From Methanotrichaceae archaeon (lineage in GTDB: Archaea; Halobacteriota; Methanosarcinia; Methanotrichales; Methanotrichaceae), in assembly GCA_963803145.1 (NCBI GenBank), contig CAWDLW010000001.1:1-40213 (forward strand): a stretch of 40,213 nt of DNA, written 5' to 3'. How positions within the stretch are numbered: position 1 is the stretch's first letter; each line of letters starts with the position of its first letter. Position numbers and translations under genes: made by a program. The notes beneath the pieces are model-generated. The model ran no database searches and was not told where the DNA came from. It saw only the letters and a program-made list of their open reading frames with translations. Shown here piece by piece: positions 18,662 to 28,651 of the stretch.

Positions 18662-21600
18662 TTATGTTACCTTTACAGGCACAACCTTGGCGGATATGCA
18701 TCCATCGATGTTGGCTCCGATCTTGAATGTCTTATCCCCAGGCGCTCCGAACACTGAGCTGAACTGGAGTGTTCCCAAAGAGATCCTCTGGAGCTGATCC
18801 GTCGGTCTGGCAGAATCCTGCGGTGGGATAAAGCTCAGATCCATTGGGTCCGTCAGCTCACCGTAGTCGTTGTAGAACCTCAAGGTGAGCGTATACGGGC
18901 TGTTGGCCCTCGTGGAGCTGAAGGACGGGACTATATCACAGGGCTTCAGCTGGCTTGGCATCGCTAACGTCAAGGGCTTAACGTAAATGTTCTGGCCGGT
19001 TGGATCTGCGGAGGCATATGCCACCCAGTACATCCCGTCAAAGGTGCTATAGGCCATGGACGATGACATCTGGTCGCCAGGCGCTGCCACTGCCACTGTG
19101 CTATCGATGGGCGTCCAATCTCTCAAGTACCTGTCCAAATACACATCGTAGGTGACTGCCTTATTTGAATCGTACAGCAGCAAGAACTGACCATTGATCC
19201 AGTTCAGCGATGGGTAGTCATGGTCTGAGCTGTCATATGTCATTCTCCTTGTATTGAGCAGGTTCAGGTTCGGATCATAACTCCTGACAAAGATGTTCTT
19301 GTTTCCTGTCTCATTGGATGTGTAGGCTACATAGAAGCTGCCGCTTGCGAATACAATAGATGGATGATCCTGGTACGATATCAAATTGGTCACCTGAACG
19401 TTCGCAATCGGATTCCAGTTCTGGTCAAACCTGGTGATGAATATGTCACCGCCGTTCTGAGAGCCTGTATCCCATGACTGGTATGCCATGAAGAACTGGT
19501 TGCCAACTCGCAGAAGCGATGGCGAATCCTGGTCTGTCACCGAGTCAGTGAGCTGCTTAGTATCGATGTAGTTCAGATTAGCGTCAAATCTCTTGAGGAA
19601 TATGTTCAGCACACCAGTCTGCCTTGAGGCGTATGCAACATAGTAGTAGCCGTTGGCGAAAATGACTGAGGGAGATCCCTCGTATGCAGTATCATTTGAT
19701 GCCCAAACGCTCCTAAGCTTATTCCATGTAGGATCGTATCTCTCCAGGTAAATATCTCCTTGGTAGCTCGGCCCAAGTGCAAAGGACTGATAAGCCAGGA
19801 GATATCCGTCGCCGGTGAAGACCAGCGACGGCTTGTTCTTCAGTGCTGCACCTGCCGTGAGCATTCTTATGGCCAGAGGATTCTGTAGTGTGTAGCGCTG
19901 GCCGAGGGCACTATCGTATCCTCCAGGACCTGCATGATACCCATCCCTTGCATATACGTAAACTGAGTAGTCGCCGGTGTCACTGGGTGCAGAAGCCCAT
20001 ATCCAGGTGTTGCTGTATGACCAGTCCTGAACGACCTTCCAGGTATTCCCTGTTGTTGGTCCTTTCAGCCAGAACCTGTAGAGAACTGGATCGTTATCAG
20101 GATCGGTGGCTAGAGCAGTCCATTTTACAGGTACGCCGGCATATTGCGGGCTGGGTTTATCAGGTACAAGGCCAGTGAGCTGCGGCGGCAGGTTAGGCCG
20201 CAGGATTGTGAATAGGGCGCTGGCATCGTCATCCCATCCCTGTGGCCCGGCATGGAATCCATCTCTAACCTGAGCATCGACTAACGTTATGCCAACATCT
20301 GCTGGCGTTGTCAGCCATGTCCAGGTGCTATCGGTGGACCAATCGCGGGCCAGCTTCCAGAGCCCTCCAGTTGATGGGCCCTTTACCCAGTACCTGTAGA
20401 ACAGCAGATCTCCATCGGGGTCGAATGCATTTGCCTTCCACTGGACGGCTGCTCCTACAGGCTCAGGGCTTGGTACGTTCGTAGCCAGGCTTGTTATTAC
20501 CGGCGGCGTGTTGACTGCCAGTATGGAATAGCCTGCAACGTCATAGTCATCCCATCCGTTGGGTCCTGCATGGTGCCCGTCCCTCACCAGAACTAGAACC
20601 TCGCTCGGACCTACATCAAAGCCTGTTGTCCGCCAGATCCATCTATTGTTTGGCGTCCAGCCGGTCTGATCCTCCCAGAAGCCGAAGGTTGATGGGCCTC
20701 TGAGCAGATACCTGTACTGTATCTGGTCGCCATCAGGATCATGTGCTACCGTTGTCCACTTCACCCAGCTTCCTGCGAACTGCGGGCTCGGCCTGTCTGC
20801 AAACAGGAAGTCAACTTCTGGAGGCCGATTGCCCGGAGTCAAGGTAAAGCTCGACGTCGTGCGGATATCGTAGCTGTTGGGACTCGCATGATATCCATCC
20901 CTTATCCAGACCTCGGCCTGGTAAGTTCCAGGGAACAGGCCTGCTGTATTCCAGACCCATGTGTTGCTGGTTATGTAGTTTGTATCCTTCAGCAGTGCAC
21001 CGCCTGGCGCTCTGATGAAGAACCTGTATTGCAGCGGATCTCCATTTGGATCAGTTGCGGTTGCCGTCCAAGTGATCGGCACTCCCGCGGGTCGTGGGCT
21101 GGAGGGGCTGGGAGTCAGTGTCGGATTGATCGGCGGCGGGTTATAGTTGCCGAAATCGATTCCAATCTTGCTCTCGCCTGAATGAAGGAGGATGGAGTAG
21201 CTGCCGCCTGATGGCGCAGTCTGCGTCCATCCCGTCTTTGTAACTTCGCCCACAACATAGTTGCCCGGCTGCAGATTGATGAAGCTGTATCCTCCATATG
21301 CATCCGTTGTCGCAGTTCTGACAACTGTGTTATTCGTGGCGTTCTTAAGCTGAATCGTCCAGCCTGCTAAACCTGGGTCGCCGTTATTAATTCCATTTCC
21401 GTTCAGATCGTTGAACTTAACACCTGAGATAGAGCCAGTTCCTGGCGGCGTCAGGAGTCTGTTTCCGAAGTCCTTGCCTGTTGCTGTAGATGGCGGAGCT
21501 CCGAAGTTGAAGGTCACTGTGTAGGATCCGCCTGATGGCGCTGTCTGTGTCCATCCAGTTCTCGATACCTCGCTGACTGTATATGTTCCAGGTAAGAGAC

Positions 21601-24600
21601 CGCTGAAGGTATATGATCCATCTGCGGCTGTGTTGACAGTCTGAGACGGGAGTGGGAAATGGAACCATGTAGTTCCTGTCAGCACAATGCCCCAGCCGGA
21701 TATGCCAGGCTCACCTGCATCTTTCACACCGTTCCCATTCAGATCGTTGAACTTCATGCCGGATATGGCGTACGGTCCTATTATGCCGAAGTTGGCGTTG
21801 GATATGACTGTGGTCGTGCTTGTTACCGTCACTGTGACCGTTGAAGAGGTGGTCACAACGAATCCACTCGGCACTGGATCGACTACTGTGTAAGTTCCAG
21901 GGAGGAGCCCATTGAACGTATAGGATCCGTCGCTACCGGTTGTAGTTGTAGCGATATCCTGGCCGTTCTCCTGCAAATGAACTGTAAGTCCAGGTATTCC
22001 AGGCTCGCCAGGGTCCTGTATTCCGTTTTTATTGATATCGAAGAATTTCTTGCTCGATATCGTCACATTGCCCTTGTTTCCAAAGTCCATGCCGCTTACA
22101 TCTTTGTCGACCAGGTTCACTGAGTAAGATCCGCTCTTGGGCTCTGTCTGTGCCCAGCCGGACTGAAGCTCCTCGCTCACTGTATAAGACCCGGGTGCAA
22201 GGCCTGTGAACTTATATGAGCCGTCTGCAGCTGTGCTGGTGCCGTTGATAACGCTGCTGCCCTGAGCAAGCTGTATCTTCCAGCCTGCAAGGCCTGACTC
22301 ATTTCCGTCCCTAGCGCCGTTTCCGTTCAGATCATTGAACTTCATGCCGGATATGGAGTAAGTGGCACTGACCTTGTTTCCGAAGTCTATGCCGGTTACG
22401 TCCTTATCCTGCACCGTTACGGACTGGGGTCCACTCTTCGGCGCCGTCTGAGTCCAACCTGTCTGCAATACTTCACTCAAGGTGTAGGCACCATTGGCCA
22501 AACCCTCGAACGTGTACGAGCCATCAGCTCCTGTGGTGGTCGTGTTGATCACGTTGCCATCTCTAGCAAGTTGGATCTTCCAGCCTGCCAGGCCTGGCTC
22601 GCCGTCATTCACTCCGTTTCCATTCAGATCGTTGAACTTCCGACCGGATATCGAGAAGGCGCTAGCTTTGTTTCCAAAGTTGGCATCTGTTATGTCAGAA
22701 TTGCCAAGCGTTATCTTCTGTGATCCTCCAGCAGGAGCAGTTGCGCTCCAGCCTGTCTGGGCAGTCTCGCTAACTGTGTAGCTGCCAGGTGTCAGGCCTT
22801 CGAACTTGTACGAGCCGTCAGCTCCTGTGAGAGTACCGACTTGTGAGCCATCAGGCTTTGTCAGAGTGATTCTCCAGTCTGCGAGTCCTGGCTCGTTAGC
22901 ATCCTTAACTCCATTGCCATTCAGGTCATTGAACTTCACACCAGAGATGTTCTTGGTAGGTGCCGTTATTGTGAAGTATGCAACCTGCTCGCTGTCGAAG
23001 CTATTCGCATTTGCATGCTTGCCATCTCTGACCCAGACTCTGATCTGGTTCTGGCCGACATCCGCTGAGGATGCTGTCCATGTCCATGTATTGCTTGCAG
23101 CCCAATCAGTCTCAGGCTTCCAGGAACCGCTTGTGGATGTCCCGTTGAGGAAGAACCTGTAGAGTATTTGGTCTCCATCTGGATCAGTCGCATTTGCGGT
23201 CCAGACTATGCTCGTGCCCGAAAGCTGCGGGCTCGATTTATCTGGAGTCAGGCTGCGTAAGGCAGGTGGCGTGTTGTTCTCCACTGGAGAGACTGCAGGT
23301 TTTGTGACATTGGCCTGTGGAGTTATGTTTCTGGATGGCGTCGCGTTAATTGATGGTGTAACATTAGCCGGTGATGTAACATTAACCGGTGTTGTGACAT
23401 TCTTGACTGGAGTTACGTTCTTCACTGCTGGAACCGGCGCCGGTCTGGCAGTTATGGCGAATGTACCGATCTTGTTGCTATCGAAGCTGTTCTCATTCGC
23501 ATGCGTTCCATCTCTAGCCCAGACTTCGATCTGGTTGCTTCCAACGTCAGCATCGGTTGTATTCCAGGTCCATGTGTTATCCGTTGTCCAGCCAGTCTTT
23601 CCAACAGATTGGCCTTTTGTTGATGGTCCCTTCAGGAAGAACTTGTAAAGAATCTGATCGCCATCAGGATCGGTTGCATTTGCTGTCCAGTTTATGACAG
23701 TTCCTGCTACTTGCGGGCTCTGCTTATCTGAAATTAGACTATTCAGGACAGGCGGACTGTTGACCTTTGCAGGCGCTGGCGGAGTTACATTTCCAGTCGG
23801 CGTAATGTTCTTCGCCGGTGTAACATTCCTGGTTGGAGTTACATTTTGCACCGGCGTAATATTTACTGGCGTGACAGCAGGCTTAATCACAGGCGGTTTT
23901 GGCGCTGGAGCAGTTATTGTGTAACCCATCGTCTTATGGTCATCAAAGCCACTAACACCAGCATGCTGTCCATCCCTTACCCTGACCTCAACCTGATTAT
24001 TTCCAACATTTGCTGCAGTCGTATTCCAGGTCCATGTGTTATCTGCATCCCAACCTGTCATCGGCTGGCCATTCAAGAAGTATCTGTAGAGTATCTGATC
24101 GCCATCAGGGTCGATTGCATTTGCAGTCCAGGTTATGTTAGTTCCTGCAGCCTGTGGGCCGGGTTTGTCGGATGACAAGCTGTTTAAAACTGGTGGTTTA
24201 TTTGGCGGCGCAGCTATAGTAAACTGAGCAGTCTTCGAGTCATCTCCATTTGGATTATGCTTTCCATCCCTAACGCTGACTTCAATCTGGTTATCTCCAA
24301 TACTGGCGTTAGTTGTTGCCCAGATCCACTTGTTATCAGTTATCCAATCAGTTGCTGGCGTACCGTTCAGGAAGAACCTGTACTGAATTGGATCGTTATC
24401 AGGGTCTGCAGCAACTGCAGTCCAAGTTACTGTTGTTCCAACTACCTGAGGACTCTGTTTGTCAGATGTTAAGCTGTTTACAACCGGCGGCCTATTTGGC
24501 GGCGCAGCTATAGTAAACTGAGCTGTCTTGGAATCATCTCCATTTGGATTATGCTTTCCATCCCTGACGCTGACTTGAATTGAATGAGATCCGATATCAG

Positions 24601-26992
24601 CCGTTGACGTCATCCAGGTCCATGACGGATTGCCAGACCAATCCATTTCAGGCTTATTATCAAGGAAGAACCTGTACTGAATTGGGTCATTATCAGGGTC
24701 GGTTGCGTTTGCAGTCCAGTTTATGACAGTTCCTGCCCCTTGCGGACTCTGCTTGTCAGATGTCAGGCTGTTTACAACTGGTGGTTTATTTGGCGGTGCA
24801 ATTATAGTAAATTGAGATGTCTTGGAATCGTCTCCATTAGGATTATGCTTTCCATCCCTAACACTGATTTCAATTGAATGAGACCCGATATCAGCAGTTG
24901 ATGTGTTCCAGGTCCACGAAGGATTGCCTGACCAATCTGTCGCAGGCTGATTGTCCAGGAGGAACCTATACTGAATTGGATCATTGTCAGGGTCACTCGC
25001 CTGAGATGTCCATGATATGGCTGTACCTGCCGCCTGAGGACTGGACTTATCTGATTTCAAACTATTTACAACAGGCGGCTTATTTGGCGGCGCAATTATG
25101 GTAAATTGAGATGTCTTGGAATCGTCTCCATTAGGATTATGCTTTCCATCCCTAACACTGATTTCAATTGAATGAGACCCGATATCAGCAGTTGATGTGG
25201 TCCAAGTCCACGAAGGATTGCTAGACCAATCCGCCTGAGGCTGATTATCAAGGAAGAACCTATACTGAATTGGGTCATTATCTGGATCTGTTGCGTTTGC
25301 AGTCCAGTTTATGACAGTTCCTGCCCCTTGCGGACTCTGCTTGTCAGATGTCAGGCTGTTTACAACTGGTGGTTTATTTGGCGGTGCAATTATAGTAAAT
25401 TGAGATGTCTTGGAATCGTCTCCATCAGGGTTATGCTTTCCATCCCTAACTCTAACTTCAATTGAATGAGATCCAACATCAGCTGCCGATGTGGTCCAAA
25501 TCCACGAAGGATTGCTAGACCAATCTGCCTGAGGCTGATTATCAAGGAAGAATCTATACTGAATTGGATCGTTATCAGGATCAGCTGCATCTGCAGTCCA
25601 GGTTATAGTTGTTCCCGCAACCTGAGGACTCTGTTTGTCAGGCTTTAGACCATTTACAACTGGCGGCTTATTTGGCGGTGCGACTATAGTAAACTGAGCT
25701 GTCTTTGAGTCATCTCCATTTGGATTGTGCTTTCCATCCCTAGCGCTGACTTGAATTGAATGAGATCCGATATCAGCCGTTGATGTAGTCCAAGTCCATG
25801 ATGGATTGCTCGACCAATCCGTTTCAGGCTTATTATCAAGGAAGAATCTATACTGAATTGGATCATTATCAGGATCACTGGCCTGCGAAGTCCATGCTAT
25901 GGTTGTGCCTGCGACTTGCGGGCTGGAATTATCGGGTATCAGGCTGCCGATCACTGGAGGCTTATTAACCGGCGCAACAGGCGTTGGCGCAGGTGCAAGC
26001 GTAGGTGCACTTATAGTAAAGCTGGCAGACTTGCGATCATCGAAGCTATTCTCGTTTGCATTCTTGCCGTCTCTAACCCAGACTTCAACCTGGTTCTCCC
26101 CAATATCTGCCTCGCTTGTAGTCCATGTCCAGGTGTTGTCTGTAGTCCAGCCTGTCTGAGGCTTCGATACGCTGCCTGTTGATGGCCCGCTCAGGAAGAA
26201 TCTGTAAAGGATTTGGTCTCCATCAGGATCGGTTGCATCTGCAGTCCAAGTTACTGCTACGCCAGCGGTCATAGGGCTCATTGGGCTTGGTATGAGACTA
26301 TTGACTACAGGCGGCGTATCCTTCTGGACATTCCCTGAGGTTTGTGTCTGGGTTGGTATTTGAAGGGTTTGTGTTGGTTGTTGAATTTGCGTAGGTAATT
26401 GCATTTGCTGAGTCGGCGGCTGAGTTAACGTCTGCCCAGGCATTTGCACTGATCCAGGCTCAGGTGATGCGATCGTACTCTGAGGTTGAACAGGCGCCGT
26501 TTGAGCAGGCGCTGTTTGGACAGGAGCCGTTATCTCATAACTCTCAACCTGCATTGCGTCGTAGCCATTTGGTCCGGCATGGTTGCCATCTCTTGCCAGG
26601 ACGCGAATCTGGCTTTGGCCCACATCAGAAGACGCTGCCGTCCAATCCCAGCTATCGTCACTAGACCAATCGGTCACATTCTTCCATATGCTGCCCGTCG
26701 AGGGCCCCATCAGCTGGAACTTATAAGAGACCGTATCGCCATCAGGATCGAACGCTTTCGCTGTCCATGTTATGGTTGTACCTGCCCCTTGCGGACTGGG
26801 CTTATCAGGTACTAGACCGGCAATTACAGGAAGCGAATTCTGATCCGGTGTGCTTCCAGTAGTCATAGGAAGCCCACCTTGAGGGGTTTCTGTTGGAAAT
26901 CCCGTCAAAGGTTGCGCTGATGCTGATACTGCTAATAGTACTCCAAATACGATTACAACTAATAGCATGAGGAGTATATCTATATATTTCAT
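18662..26992 (-). CDS. Giant secreted repeat protein (adhesin-like): 15 Ig/PKD-like repeats, 6 SdrD-B-like repeats, a propeller-like region and a small C-terminal domain
   Basis: Signal peptide from MKYIDILL (ATG 26992; the ORF extends to 27079). Repeats counted by eye from PPV..SL..DK.SPQ...DPD.D...YRF...RDG.H and ISG.KFNDLNGNG motifs. Confidence 0.9.
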   Translation of the reverse strand: MKYIDILLMLLVVIVFGVLLAVSASAQPLTGFPTETPQGGLPMTTGSTPDQNSLPVIAGLVPDKPSPQGAGTTITWTAKAFDPDGDTVSYKFQLMGPSTGSIWKNVTDWSSDDSWDWTAASSDVGQSQIRVLARDGNHAGPNGYDAMQVESYEITAPVQTAPAQTAPVQPQSTIASPEPGSVQMPGQTLTQPPTQQMQLPTQIQQPTQTLQIPTQTQTSGNVQKDTPPVVNSLIPSPMSPMTAGVAVTWTADATDPDGDQILYRFFLSGPSTGSVSKPQTGWTTDNTWTWTTSEADIGENQVEVWVRDGKNANENSFDDRKSASFTISAPTLAPAPTPVAPVNKPPVIGSLIPDNSSPQVAGTTIAWTSQASDPDNDPIQYRFFLDNKPETDWSSNPSWTWTTSTADIGSHSIQVSARDGKHNPNGDDSKTAQFTIVAPPNKPPVVNGLKPDKQSPQVAGTTITWTADAADPDNDPIQYRFFLDNQPQADWSSNPSWIWTTSAADVGSHSIEVRVRDGKHNPDGDDSKTSQFTIIAPPNKPPVVNSLTSDKQSPQGAGTVINWTANATDPDNDPIQYRFFLDNQPQADWSSNPSWTWTTSTADIGSHSIEISVRDGKHNPNGDDSKTSQFTIIAPPNKPPVVNSLKSDKSSPQAAGTAISWTSQASDPDNDPIQYRFLLDNQPATDWSGNPSWTWNTSTADIGSHSIEISVRDGKHNPNGDDSKTSQFTIIAPPNKPPVVNSLTSDKQSPQGAGTVINWTANATDPDNDPIQYRFFLDNKPEMDWSGNPSWTWMTSTADIGSHSIQVSVRDGKHNPNGDDSKTAQFTIAAPPNRPPVVNSLTSDKQSPQVVGTTVTWTAVAADPDNDPIQYRFFLNGTPATDWITDNKWIWATTNASIGDNQIEVSVRDGKHNPNGDDSKTAQFTIAAPPNKPPVLNSLSSDKPGPQAAGTNITWTANAIDPDGDQILYRYFLNGQPMTGWDADNTWTWNTTAANVGNNQVEVRVRDGQHAGVSGFDDHKTMGYTITAPAPKPPVIKPAVTPVNITPVQNVTPTRNVTPAKNITPTGNVTPPAPAKVNSPPVLNSLISDKQSPQVAGTVINWTANATDPDGDQILYKFFLKGPSTKGQSVGKTGWTTDNTWTWNTTDADVGSNQIEVWARDGTHANENSFDSNKIGTFAITARPAPVPAVKNVTPVKNVTTPVNVTSPANVTPSINATPSRNITPQANVTKPAVSPVENNTPPALRSLTPDKSSPQLSGTSIVWTANATDPDGDQILYRFFLNGTSTSGSWKPETDWAASNTWTWTASSADVGQNQIRVWVRDGKHANANSFDSEQVAYFTITAPTKNISGVKFNDLNGNGVKDANEPGLADWRITLTKPDGSQVGTLTGADGSYKFEGLTPGSYTVSETAQTGWSATAPAGGSQKITLGNSDITDANFGNKASAFSISGRKFNDLNGNGVNDGEPGLAGWKIQLARDGNVINTTTTGADGSYTFEGLANGAYTLSEVLQTGWTQTAPKSGPQSVTVQDKDVTGIDFGNKVSATYSISGMKFNDLNGNGARDGNESGLAGWKIQLAQGSSVINGTSTAADGSYKFTGLAPGSYTVSEELQSGWAQTEPKSGSYSVNLVDKDVSGMDFGNKGNVTISSKKFFDINKNGIQDPGEPGIPGLTVHLQENGQDIATTTTGSDGSYTFNGLLPGTYTVVDPVPSGFVVTTSSTVTVTVTSTTTVISNANFGIIGPYAISGMKFNDLNGNGVKDAGEPGISGWGIVLTGTTWFHFPLPSQTVNTAADGSYTFSGLLPGTYTVSEVSRTGWTQTAPSGGSYTVTFNFGAPPSTATGKDFGNRLLTPPGTGSISGVKFNDLNGNGINNGDPGLAGWTIQLKNATNNTVVRTATTDAYGGYSFINLQPGNYVVGEVTKTGWTQTAPSGGSYSILLHSGESKIGIDFGNYNPPPINPTLTPSPSSPRPAGVPITWTATATDPNGDPLQYRFFIRAPGGALLKDTNYITSNTWVWNTAGLFPGTYQAEVWIRDGYHASPNSYDIRTTSSFTLTPGNRPPEVDFLFADRPSPQFAGSWVKWTTVAHDPDGDQIQYRYLLRGPSTFGFWEDQTGWTPNNRWIWRTTGFDVGPSEVLVLVRDGHHAGPNGWDDYDVAGYSILAVNTPPVITSLATNVPSPEPVGAAVQWKANAFDPDGDLLFYRYWVKGPSTGGLWKLARDWSTDSTWTWLTTPADVGITLVDAQVRDGFHAGPQGWDDDASALFTILRPNLPPQLTGLVPDKPSPQYAGVPVKWTALATDPDNDPVLYRFWLKGPTTGNTWKVVQDWSYSNTWIWASAPSDTGDYSVYVYARDGYHAGPGGYDSALGQRYTLQNPLAIRMLTAGAALKNKPSLVFTGDGYLLAYQSFALGPSYQGDIYLERYDPTWNKLRSVWASNDTAYEGSPSVIFANGYYYVAYASRQTGVLNIFLKRFDANLNYIDTKQLTDSVTDQDSPSLLRVGNQFFMAYQSWDTGSQNGGDIFITRFDQNWNPIANVQVTNLISYQDHPSIVFASGSFYVAYTSNETGNKNIFVRSYDPNLNLLNTRRMTYDSSDHDYPSLNWINGQFLLLYDSNKAVTYDVYLDRYLRDWTPIDSTVAVAAPGDQMSSSMAYSTFDGMYWVAYASADPTGQNIYVKPLTLAMPSQLKPCDIVPSFSSTRANSPYTLTLRFYNDYGELTDPMDLSFIPPQDSARPTDQLQRISLGTLQFSSVFGAPGDKTFKIGANIDGCISAKVVPVKVT
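24190..25970 (-). repeat. Tandem array of about six 294-bp coding repeats
   Basis: TTTGGCGG(C/T)GC recurs every 294 bp (about 24201, 24495, 24789, 25083, 25377, 25671). Confidence 0.92.
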
Positions 26993-27118
26993 TTTAAAAA
27001 ATTCTTTATAATCTGTTTTAAAATTACCCTTACCATCTGGGTATTCCATCGCCACACACTCCTTTTTTGTTTTCCCCATTCACGTTAAGTTCATTCATAT
27101 CTTAAACTTTACAGATAA

Positions 27119-27142
27119 GATTTAAGTAGCTATTTTTCATAT
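27119..27142 (-). promoter_or_regulatory. Shared promoter box, copy D, upstream of the giant surface protein gene
   Basis: Minus strand reads ATATGAAAAATA-GCTA-CTTAAATC. Confidence 0.6.
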
Positions 27143-27205
27143 TGGTGCTCTATAAAGGTTCCTTAGAGCTCTTAGTTCATATGAATCCTTTATAGATCAT
27201 ATTTC

Positions 27206-27713
27206 TCAAGCGAAGGGATGCTTTGCGGAATCTTTCTTTGCGAGAACCTCCTTTACCGTAGGCTTCCCTATGACTGCACGCTCAATAGCGAATTTAGTCG
27301 CTTTATAATTATTATCATAAACCTTTTTCTTATCAGTAGCATCCCACTCCACGAACACTGAAACTATTATCAAGATCTCCTCAGCCATTTCCTCCGGTAT
27401 GATACCTTCTGAGACGGAGTCCATTACGGCCTTGGCAACAGCCGCCTGCGCAGGACCAAACATCAGTACGGCCTGCTGGACTCCTTCAATTGTAACCTTA
27501 TTTACTATTAGCGTGGCAGGCTTCGCGGGGAGGTTGGGCTCCAGTAACTGCTAAGAGAGGAGTATGACCCATCGCGGGTGATGCCAGGGAGTTCACAAAT
27601 GCCTGCTCTACGGCACTGCCTTTGCTTCCTATTACAAGGTCTATATGGGCTACCTCAGGGCCCTCACCAACTAGCGCCTCGCCTATTAGCGTTCCTTTAA
27701 AATGATGCGTCAT
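27206..27713 (-). pseudogene. fae: Formaldehyde-activating enzyme with a single +1 frameshift
   Basis: [28 protein letters not shown] joins [32 protein letters not shown] if one base near 27546 is removed. Confidence 0.88.
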
Positions 27714-28105
27714 ATTGAACCTCTAGAGTATTTTTCGTATATATCTATACGCCTCATGCGAAATAGTGTATCTGTTAAAACTGATTAAGCTGCATAAAAA
27801 ATAGGTAAGATCGCCTAGTTCGAGCTTTTTTCCTTGATCCATATTTACCAATATGGATAGGTGCCCCATGTGAAGTTTAACACTAGAAGGAATTATGCTG
27901 AATACATTATATATCATAATAATATTAATTAACCTCTATCAGGATTTCAGATCCATATAAATAAGTTATACTCATTGGTTTTAATCTTTTCCTCACCCCT
28001 AAAATTTAGAAAACTAGGGTATTACGCTAGCCAAGCCAGAGCTATTTATGTAAGAGCTCGATTGGGCCACAAAATATATCATCATAATACGTATCTGAAT
28101 CTACA

Positions 28106-28651
28106 ATGCGTGTGCTAGTAATCAACAATTATGGGCAGTTCAATCACCTAATCAGGAGAAGTATCAGAGATAAGGTAGAGACAGATCTAATCTCTAACCA
28201 AACGCCGCCCGAGAATATTCAAGCGGATGGATTGATCTTCGGCGGCGGGCCAACCCTCGACCGCGCTGGGAGATGTGCGGATTATCTTAGAGATTTGGAT
28301 ATTCCCATTCTCGGCATCTGCCTGGGAATGCAGGTTATGGGCACTACCTTTGGTGGAAAGGTTGCTCCCGGAAGCATTGGGGGATACGCGGAAGTGGATG
28401 TCGAGGTAGTCAAGGAGAATGATATCCTGAAGGGAATCCCCTCTAGATTCAAAACCTGGGCATCCCATGCAGATCAGGTGGTGGAGATGCCTACAGAGTT
28501 CGAGATTCTTGCGAGATCCAATGTTTGCGATATAGAAGCGATGAAGCATGTAAAAAGACCGCTTTATGGCGTCCAATGGCACCCCGAAGTAGTGCACACA
28601 GAACACGGCCAGGAGCTTCTTGATAACTTTATAGCCCTTTGCAAGAGATGA
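28106..28651 (+). CDS. guaAA: GMP synthase subunit A (glutamine amidotransferase)
   Basis: PILGICLGMQ, SHAD.V and GVQWHPEV class I glutamine amidotransferase motifs. Confidence 0.95.
   Translation: MRVLVINNYGQFNHLIRRSIRDKVETDLISNQTPPENIQADGLIFGGGPTLDRAGRCADYLRDLDIPILGICLGMQVMGTTFGGKVAPGSIGGYAEVDVEVVKENDILKGIPSRFKTWASHADQVVEMPTEFEILARSNVCDIEAMKHVKRPLYGVQWHPEVVHTEHGQELLDNFIALCKR

Noticed and set aside
24190-25970. CRISPR array or DGR template/variable repeats
   Set aside because: Units are 294-bp in-frame coding repeats without unique spacers, differences are not adenine-specific, and there are no cas or reverse transcriptase genes.
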